From contig JBOHWJ010000535.1 of NCBI GenBank assembly GCA_050736495.1, positions 1-24,245 of the forward strand: a stretch of DNA of 24,245 bases. Reading direction: 5' to 3'. Position numbers and translations under genes: made by a program. Below the pieces are notes generated by a model. That model ran no database searches and was not told where the DNA came from. It worked only from the letters and a program-made list of their open reading frames with translations. Of the stretch, positions 16,452 to 24,245 are shown one piece after another (positions within the stretch are counted from its first letter, which is position 1; each line of letters starts with the position of its first letter). This DNA is from Candidatus Binataceae bacterium. Its GTDB lineage: Bacteria > Desulfobacterota > Binatia > Binatales > Binataceae.

Positions 16452-16689
16452 GGCGTCGTTCGGTTGACCGATAAGGCCTCGACGGTCGCGGACGGAGCGA
16501 CTAAGCGGGGAGAACTTTCAGCGTTTTACTTGCTCCTTTTCGATGGTGCTGGCAAGAATAGTCTGCCCCTCGGGGGGTTCCTGGCAGGGTGTTGGGCAAG
16601 TGTTGTAGAGGCGCGAACGATTTCGCCGCCGCGGCGTAGTTGAGACCACACGCTGCATGACGGAGTCGGATACCGGGTAAGAGGCGGTT

Positions 16690-17133
16690 ATGCGGAAAAA
16701 GTGGCGGTTCGCCGTCGGCGCAGGCTTGATTGCCGCGGCGATTGCTTACCTGATTGTGACGGCGGTGCGCAACACCGCAGAATATTATCTCACTGTAAGC
16801 GAGGTCAAAAGCCAACAGGCGGAACTGAATGGCCAGATGTTGCGCGTCGCCGGACGGGTCAAACCGGGTACCATAAGCTGGAATCCCGAAACGCTGACAT
16901 TGGCGTTCGGGCTGATGCCACCGCCAGCCGCGCCCATCGCGGGCGTCAAGCCGGTTGCAATCGCCGACCCGCCATCCTTCAGCGTTATCTGCCGCGGCCA
17001 GCCCAAACCCGATATGTTCGCCGCTAATCGCGATGTTATCGTCGAGGGCAAACTAGGCGCCGACGGCACTATCGCGGCGCGCCAGGTGCTCACCAGTTGT
17101 CCCTCGAAGTACGTGCCCAAGCAGCCCAAGTAA
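16690..17133 (+). CDS. ccmE: Cytochrome c maturation heme chaperone CcmE, Cys-type (CxxxY)
   Basis: N-terminal TM helix, YYLTVSE, LRVAGRV, PDMF...VIVEG, and LTSCPSKY in place of the canonical AKHDENY. Confidence 0.95.
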   Translation: MRKKWRFAVGAGLIAAAIAYLIVTAVRNTAEYYLTVSEVKSQQAELNGQMLRVAGRVKPGTISWNPETLTLAFGLMPPPAAPIAGVKPVAIADPPSFSVICRGQPKPDMFAANRDVIVEGKLGADGTIAARQVLTSCPSKYVPKQPK

Positions 17134-17143
17134 CAGGATCGCA

Positions 17144-19159
<2,016 letters not shown>

Positions 19160-19162
19160 CGC

Positions 19163-19699
19163 TTGAAAGCGCGCGCAGCCTTGGTGCCTATGTTGATGTT
19201 GGCCATGATGGTGACGGTGTCGATGGCGGCTACTGTCATGGCGCACGCGGCCGCGGTCGCCAAAACCAGCGAACATGCCGTCGCCGAATCGCTCACGTGC
19301 CAATGCGGATGCGGCCTTACCGTGGCAAATTGCAACCATCCGAACTGCGAATTCTCGGTGCCGATGCGCGGCAAGATCGACACGATGATCGCGCGCGGGA
19401 TGGGGCGCCCCGAGATAATCGCATTTTTCCGCAAGCAGTACGGCGAAAAAATTCTTTCCGCGCCCACTACGCAGGGCTTTAACATCCTCGCCTGGGTGAT
19501 GCCGTTCGCCGCAATCATCGCCGGTGGCGGCATTATCGCGTTCACTGTCGGACGTTGGCGCAAAGCGAGTGATGCCAGCAGCGCGGCGAGTGGCTCCGCG
19601 CCGGTCTCCGGCGACACCGCGCCGCCCGCGGAAGAACCGAGCGCTTACGACGCGGAACTCAGGCGCAAGCTGGAGCGCGAACTCAAGGAACGGCTCTGA
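19163..19699 (+). CDS. ccmH: Cytochrome c biogenesis protein, CcmH/CcmL/NrfF-like
   Basis: Signal/TM segment, LTCQCGC...C...C, QYGEKILSAP, and LAWVMPF followed by a TM helix; 3 nt after ccmF; TTG start. Confidence 0.88.
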   Translation: MKARAALVPMLMLAMMVTVSMAATVMAHAAAVAKTSEHAVAESLTCQCGCGLTVANCNHPNCEFSVPMRGKIDTMIARGMGRPEIIAFFRKQYGEKILSAPTTQGFNILAWVMPFAAIIAGGGIIAFTVGRWRKASDASSAASGSAPVSGDTAPPAEEPSAYDAELRRKLERELKERL

Positions 19700-19702
19700 A
19701 CC

Positions 19703-20188
19703 GTGACGATTTATTTCGCCGCAGTGCTGATAGCTGTTGCGGTGGCGCTGTTTGTCGCGGCCCCGTTAAGTGGCGGCCTCTCCGCGCGCCGGCGCGATAC
19801 TCGCTCCGGAGCGGAACTCGAGCGGCTTGAACATGAGCGCGGCCTCGCGATGCAAGGATTGCGCGAACTCGAGTTCGATCACGCGATGGGCAAGCTGGAA
19901 GAAAGCGACTACCACGATCTGCGCAAGGTGCTCGAAAATCGCGCGCTGGCCGCGATGAGCGCCTTGGAAAAACTCAGGGCCGAAGCACGCGCCAGCCGCG
20001 TGCGTTTCGTGCCGCGCCGTCCGCGGCCGGCCGCGCCGCTCGCCGTCAAGGCGCCGCAGCCCGATGGCGGGCGTCTCGTCAACTTTTGCCCGCAGTGCGG
20101 CATGCGCTCCGGCGGCGGCTATAACTTCTGCGCGCAATGCGGCGCATCGCTTCAACTCCATCCGCGCACCGCCGCGCGAGCCGAGTGA
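19703..20188 (+). CDS. Membrane protein with a CcmI-like N-terminal region and a C-terminal double zinc ribbon
   Basis: N-terminal TM helix, LRELEFDHAMGKLEESDY (CcmI/CycH N-terminal-like), then FCPQCG...FCAQCG. Confidence 0.8.
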   Translation: MTIYFAAVLIAVAVALFVAAPLSGGLSARRRDTRSGAELERLEHERGLAMQGLRELEFDHAMGKLEESDYHDLRKVLENRALAAMSALEKLRAEARASRVRFVPRRPRPAAPLAVKAPQPDGGRLVNFCPQCGMRSGGGYNFCAQCGASLQLHPRTAARAE

Positions 20189-20880
20189 TGGACGGGCCGC
20201 TTATCGAGGCGCGCGATCTGGGCAAAAGCTTCGGTTCTTCCCCGATTCTCCGCGCCGTGAATTTCACGGTCGGCGCGGGCGCCGGCGCCATGATTATCGG
20301 CCGCAATGGCGCCGGTAAATCAACCCTAGTCAGTGTTCTCGCCGGACTTTCCGCGCCCGCCGCGGGCGCCGCGCTGCTGTTCGGACATCCGAGCCGCGCG
20401 CTCGAGCCCGCCTGGCGCCGTCGCGTTGGCCTGCTGACCCATCAGAGTTTTCTCTACCCGAATCTTTCGGCGCGTGAGAATCTGCAATTTTACGGCGTGC
20501 TTTATGGTTTGGGCGGCGCGGACGCCATCACTACGCACTGGCTCGAACGGATGGGACTCGCCGCCGCCGCCGATGAACGTGTACGCACCTTCTCGCGAGG
20601 TATGGAGCAGCGGCTGTCACTTGCGCGCGCGATGCTGCCCGCGCCGGACGTGCTTCTGATGGACGAACCCTTTGCCGCTCTGGATGCTGATGGCGCCGCG
20701 TTGGTGGCGGCCGTGCTCAAAGAGGCGATCGCACGCGGATGCGCGGTGGTAATCACGGCGCATGAACCGCTCAGCTTTGAGGGGATGCGTTTCGAGTTAC
20801 TCGAAATCGTGCGCGGGCGGCTGCTCCAGCTTGCCGAGGAGGGTGCGACGGGTCGGCTGCGGCCGGTGTACGCGCGCTGA
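20188..20880 (+). CDS. ccmA: Heme ABC exporter ATP-binding protein CcmA
   Basis: Walker A GRNGAGKS, signature FSRGMEQR, Walker B LLMDEP and H-loop TAH. The ATG overlaps the previous stop (TGATG). Confidence 0.92.
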   Translation: MDGPLIEARDLGKSFGSSPILRAVNFTVGAGAGAMIIGRNGAGKSTLVSVLAGLSAPAAGAALLFGHPSRALEPAWRRRVGLLTHQSFLYPNLSARENLQFYGVLYGLGGADAITTHWLERMGLAAAADERVRTFSRGMEQRLSLARAMLPAPDVLLMDEPFAALDADGAALVAAVLKEAIARGCAVVITAHEPLSFEGMRFELLEIVRGRLLQLAEEGATGRLRPVYAR

Positions 20881-20890
20881 AGCTCAAGCC

Positions 20891-21565
20891 ATGGGCGGTT
20901 TCGCGGCGATATTGCGCAAGGACCTGCGGCTTGAACTGCGCAGCGGCGAGAGCACGATCGCGCTGGTCGCGCTCTCACTGCTCATTCTGGTCGTGCTGGT
21001 CTTTGCGCTCAATCCCGCCGTCGGCGCCGCCGGTGCCGAGACCGCCGCCGGCGCCCTGTGGGTCGCGCTCATTTTTGCCGGCATGCTCGGCGCCACGCGC
21101 GCGTTGCTGGCCGAGCGCGAGAACGGCTGTATGCGCGCGCTGCTGATGAGTCCGGTCGACCGCACGACGCTTTACTGCGCCAAACTGGTCGCCGCCGTTA
21201 TCTTCATGGTGGTGGCCGAAATCGCCGCCGTGATGCTGCTGGTGTTGTTCTTCAATCTCGACTTCGATTTCCGCCTGGTGCGGCTGGCGCCGGTCCTCAT
21301 ACTGGGCGCGCTTGGCTTCGCCGCGCTCTCGACGCTGCTCGCCGCGATTTCCGGACATCTGCGTGCCGGCGACCTGCTGCTGCCGCTGCTGGTAGTGCCG
21401 CTGTTCGTGCCGGCGCTGATAGCCGGGGTTAGGGCGAGCGCCGCGGCGCTCTCCGGCGCGCCCGTCGCCGCTCTGTTCCTATGGCTCAAGGTGCTGATCG
21501 CCTTCGACGTGCTGTTCGTTGCCGCCGGTTATCTGCTGTTCGAACATGTGGTAGGTGAGGACTAA
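20891..21565 (+). CDS. ccmB: Heme exporter membrane protein CcmB
   Basis: ILRKDLRLELRS, ERENGCMRALL, AKL and LLPLLVVPL; about six TM helices; ATG at 20891. Confidence 0.93.
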   Translation: MGGFAAILRKDLRLELRSGESTIALVALSLLILVVLVFALNPAVGAAGAETAAGALWVALIFAGMLGATRALLAERENGCMRALLMSPVDRTTLYCAKLVAAVIFMVVAEIAAVMLLVLFFNLDFDFRLVRLAPVLILGALGFAALSTLLAAISGHLRAGDLLLPLLVVPLFVPALIAGVRASAAALSGAPVAALFLWLKVLIAFDVLFVAAGYLLFEHVVGED

Positions 21566-21640
21566 CGGAGTGCCGGCAAAGGCGTGGAAATTCCGGATCG
21601 GCGCCGCCGTTGATTCGATGCTCCGTGTGAGAATCGCCCG

Positions 21641-22345
21641 ATGAATAAAAATGCAAGAACCACGCTCGGCGCGCTTACCTGTATCCTGATGGTCGCCGCG
21701 CTCTTCATGGTCTTCATCTACGTGCCGACCGAAGCGCAGGAGGGGATCGTCCAGCGTATCTTCTATTTTCATGTGCCATGCGCGTGGGTTGCGTTTGCCG
21801 CCTTCGCCCTCGTTGCCATCTGCGGAATTTTCTACCTGTGGCTGGGCCAGCAGGTATGGGACGACCTTGCCTACGCCGCGGCCGAGAGCGGGATGGTCTT
21901 CTGCACGCTGGTGCTCGTCACCGGTTCGATTTGGGCCAAGCCCATTTGGGGCACGTGGTGGACGTGGGATTCACGTCTCACCACCACGCTCATCCTCTGG
22001 CTGCTCTACGGCGGTTACCTGATGCTGCGCGCGATGGCGGATGACACGCCGCAAGTCGCGCGTTTTGCCGCCGTCGTGGGTATTGTCGCCGCCGTCGACG
22101 TGCCGGTGATAATCATTTCGGTGCGATTATGGCGCACGATTCATCCCGCCGTATTGGTCACGCGCCAGGGCGGTCATGGGTTGCAGGATCCCCGGATGGT
22201 GGCGACCCTGCTGGTCTCGATGGCGGCGTTCACGGCGTTGTTCGTATGGCTCCTGTTCCTGCGCTTTGCTACGCTGCGCACGCGCGCCCGGCTAAGCGAG
22301 ATCGCCCGCCAGCTCAACCTTGCACATGCCGCGGCGGGAGATTGA
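21641..22345 (+). CDS. ccmC: Heme exporter protein CcmC
   Basis: IFYFHVP, WWD domain GSIWAKPIWGTWWTWDSRLT, and WRTIHP. Confidence 0.96.
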   Translation: MNKNARTTLGALTCILMVAALFMVFIYVPTEAQEGIVQRIFYFHVPCAWVAFAAFALVAICGIFYLWLGQQVWDDLAYAAAESGMVFCTLVLVTGSIWAKPIWGTWWTWDSRLTTTLILWLLYGGYLMLRAMADDTPQVARFAAVVGIVAAVDVPVIIISVRLWRTIHPAVLVTRQGGHGLQDPRMVATLLVSMAAFTALFVWLLFLRFATLRTRARLSEIARQLNLAHAAAGD

Positions 22346-22347
22346 CG

Positions 22348-22533
22348 ATGGATTTCCTCGGATACCTGTTCGCTGCCTATACGATCATTTTTCTTGCGAT
22401 CTTCCTCTACGTACTATTCATATGGCGCCGGCAGGCACGGCTGGAAGCCGAACTGCGTACGATGGAGGCGCGGCTCAAGGACGTGCGCGAGGAGCTCGCC
22501 GCACGCAATCCACAGTCACGCTCCGCCTCGTAA
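22348..22533 (+). CDS. ccmD: Heme exporter protein CcmD
   Basis: 61 aa MDFLGYLFAAYTIIFLAIFLYVLFIWRRQARLEAEL..., a single TM helix plus a charged tail, 2 nt after ccmC. Confidence 0.88.
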   Translation: MDFLGYLFAAYTIIFLAIFLYVLFIWRRQARLEAELRTMEARLKDVREELAARNPQSRSAS

Positions 22534-22685
22534 GGGACATGGGTAGCGGATTTGGACGAACGCGCCGTGCCCTTTGAATCCCGCTCCCGCCGTGCCGCGC
22601 GAGGGGCCGAACAAGTATTTGCCGCCCTGCGGCACGATTCGGCAGTGCGCTCTCATAACTGCTAGCCTCAACTTATAACGGGGCG

Positions 22686-22714
22686 CTTGCCGGCGGCCCG
22701 CGTCATTCGCATCT
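22686..22714 (+). promoter_or_regulatory. Possible heat-shock (RpoH-like) promoter upstream of cbpA
   Basis: CTTG-N18-CGCATCT resembles the CTTG...CCCATNT consensus and lies 25 nt before a J-domain chaperone gene. Confidence 0.25.
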
Positions 22715-22739
22715 TTATGTGGGAGTGAACGCGCTATAG

Positions 22740-23873
22740 ATGGAGTTTCGCGACTACTACAAAATTCTGGGCGTCGAGCGTGCCGCGAGCGAGGCTGAAA
22801 TCAAGAGCGCTTTCCGCAAACTCGCCCGCAAGTACCATCCCGACGTAAATCCCAACAATAAGGACGCCGAGCAGAAGTTCAAGGAGATCAACGAGGCGTA
22901 CCAGGTGCTCGGCGATGCCGCCAAGCGCAAGAAGTACGATGAGCTCGGCGCCGATTGGGAACGTGGCGAGACCGAGGATGAGATGATGCGCCGCTATGCG
23001 CGTGCCAGTGGTCGGACCGGAACGCAGGCGGGCGCCGCAGCGGGTGACTTCAGCGATTTCTTCGAGCGCTTCTTCGGTGGCCTCGGCGGTGGCGGCTCTC
23101 AGAGCGGCGGCTTCCGCACGGGCGGCGGCCGCGGATGGAGCCGTTTTGATTTCGGCGAGGAGGGCGTTGATCGCGGAGCGGCGATGCACGCTAACCGCGC
23201 GCCCGACTTGCAGACGGAAGTCATCGTCACCCTTCAGGAAGCCGCCAAAGGCGCCAAGCGCCGGCTCAACCTGGTGGCCGAAGACGAATGTGTCACCTGC
23301 GGTGGTACCGGTATGGTAGCGCGCCAACAAAAGCGCGGCAACACCCGTATCATCCGCTCGGCTGACACATGTCCGAAATGTGCCGGGCGCGGCGTTATCC
23401 CGGTGCGCCGCACGCTCGAAGTGACGATTCCGGCCGGCATGACCGAGGGCTCGCGTATCCGCCTCAAAGGGCAGGGCGGGCGCGGCGCGCGTTCCGATCT
23501 GAACGGCGACCTTTTTCTTACGGTCAAAATCGAACCCAGCGATGTCTTCAGCGTGTCGGGCCGCGACGTGCGCTGCAGTCTGCCGGTATGGGATTACGAA
23601 GCCACGCTCGGCGCCGAGGTTACCGCGCCAACCCTCGACGGACGCGTGTCGCTCAAGATTCCGCCCGGCAGCCAGAGCGGACGCGTGATGCGCTTGCGCG
23701 GACGCGGACTGCCCGGACGCGGCAAGGAATCCGCGGGCGATTTACTCTACGAACTTAAAGTGCTCGCGCCGACCGATCTGACCGACGAGGAGCGCGTGCT
23801 GATGGAGCAGTTGGCCGAAAGCCGGCGCGCTCGCGCTGTCGCCGACCCCCGCGCCGGCATGATGAGGGGGTGA
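22740..23873 (+). CDS. cbpA: DnaJ-class co-chaperone, CbpA-like
   Basis: J domain with HPD, G/F region [12 protein letters not shown], two CxxCxGxG repeats and DnaJ C-terminal domains; followed by cbpM. Confidence 0.85.
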   Translation: MEFRDYYKILGVERAASEAEIKSAFRKLARKYHPDVNPNNKDAEQKFKEINEAYQVLGDAAKRKKYDELGADWERGETEDEMMRRYARASGRTGTQAGAAAGDFSDFFERFFGGLGGGGSQSGGFRTGGGRGWSRFDFGEEGVDRGAAMHANRAPDLQTEVIVTLQEAAKGAKRRLNLVAEDECVTCGGTGMVARQQKRGNTRIIRSADTCPKCAGRGVIPVRRTLEVTIPAGMTEGSRIRLKGQGGRGARSDLNGDLFLTVKIEPSDVFSVSGRDVRCSLPVWDYEATLGAEVTAPTLDGRVSLKIPPGSQSGRVMRLRGRGLPGRGKESAGDLLYELKVLAPTDLTDEERVLMEQLAESRRARAVADPRAGMMRG

Positions 23874-23876
23874 ACG

Positions 23877-24167
23877 ATGGCGCGCCGCTCCATCCGCAAG
23901 CGCAACCCCGGTGGCACGGCCACCCTGGCCAGCCGCGCCGCCTTCTGTGTGCTCAGCGGGATCAACGAGTACCAACTCACCCTGTGGGAGCATGAGGAAC
24001 TGATTACCCCGGCAACGATCGCGGCAGTCGACGGCGAGCCCGAACCGCTCTATGATGCCGCGGCGCTCAGACGCGTGCGTCTGATTCGTACCTTGGCCGA
24101 GGATCTGGAGGTCAATATCCCGGGGATAGGCGTCATTCTCCATCTGCTTGAGCAGATGGACCGTTGA
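23877..24167 (+). CDS. cbpM: Chaperone modulator CbpM (MerR-like)
   Basis: 96 aa with LRRVRLIRTLAEDLEVNIPGIGVILHLLEQM, 3 nt after the cbpA-like gene. Confidence 0.85.
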   Translation: MARRSIRKRNPGGTATLASRAAFCVLSGINEYQLTLWEHEELITPATIAAVDGEPEPLYDAAALRRVRLIRTLAEDLEVNIPGIGVILHLLEQMDR

Positions 24168-24182
24168 CCGCGTGGCTATTTC

Positions 24183-24245
24183 GTGGCGATCGCCAAACAT
24201 AAGTCCCGCGCGCGCGTCCTTGGCGTGGTTGCGGCGGCGCTCGGC
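24183..24245 (+). CDS. Possible start of an exported or membrane protein, truncated by the window edge
   Basis: GTG-initiated frame MAIAKHKSRARVLGVVAAALG looks like the n- and h-regions of a signal peptide and stays open to the end of the window. Confidence 0.3.
   Translation, partial: MAIAKHKSRARVLGVVAAALG

Noticed and set aside
14188..16643. 325-aa (-) and 308-aa (+) ORFs
   Set aside because: Antisense shadows of the NPP-like and EEP genes.
22606..22643. Hairpin GCCGAA..TGCCGC-cct-GCGGCA..TTCGGC after ccmD
   Set aside because: There is no U-tract, and GC-rich stems are common here, so it cannot be called a terminator or ncRNA.

Overview
A GC-rich bacterial chromosomal segment. Gene content and style suggest a soil Desulfobacterota/Ca. 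Binatota-like organism, but this is inference only. (1) A minus-strand isoprenoid/hopanoid cluster: TetR regulator, hpnH, ispA, a Zn-dependent polyol-dehydrogenase-like gene, shc and dxr (running off the left edge). (2) A hypothetical membrane protein, yacG and an orphan lpxA, convergent with an atypical Crp/Fnr regulator. (3) A plus-strand trio of exported proteins: a large SLT-type lytic transglycosylase, a stand-alone paralog of its N-terminal domain, and an alkaline-phosphatase/NPP-superfamily protein. The trio meets a convergent EEP-family hydrolase across a ~100-bp TA-flanked inverted-repeat element that looks like an IS630-type MITE and carries both stop codons. (4) A cytochrome c maturation operon, ccmE-F-H-(zinc-ribbon gene)-A-B-C-D, with a Cys-type CcmE (CPSKY) and no ccmG in the operon. 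(5) A cbpA/DnaJ-class gene with half a zinc finger, followed by cbpM. The best leads are the probably NADPH-using dehydrogenase inside the hopanoid operon (candidate ribosylhopane reductase), the transglycosylase plus free-domain paralog module, the MITE, and the hybrid System I/I* ccm operon. No rRNA, tRNA or CRISPR array was seen.
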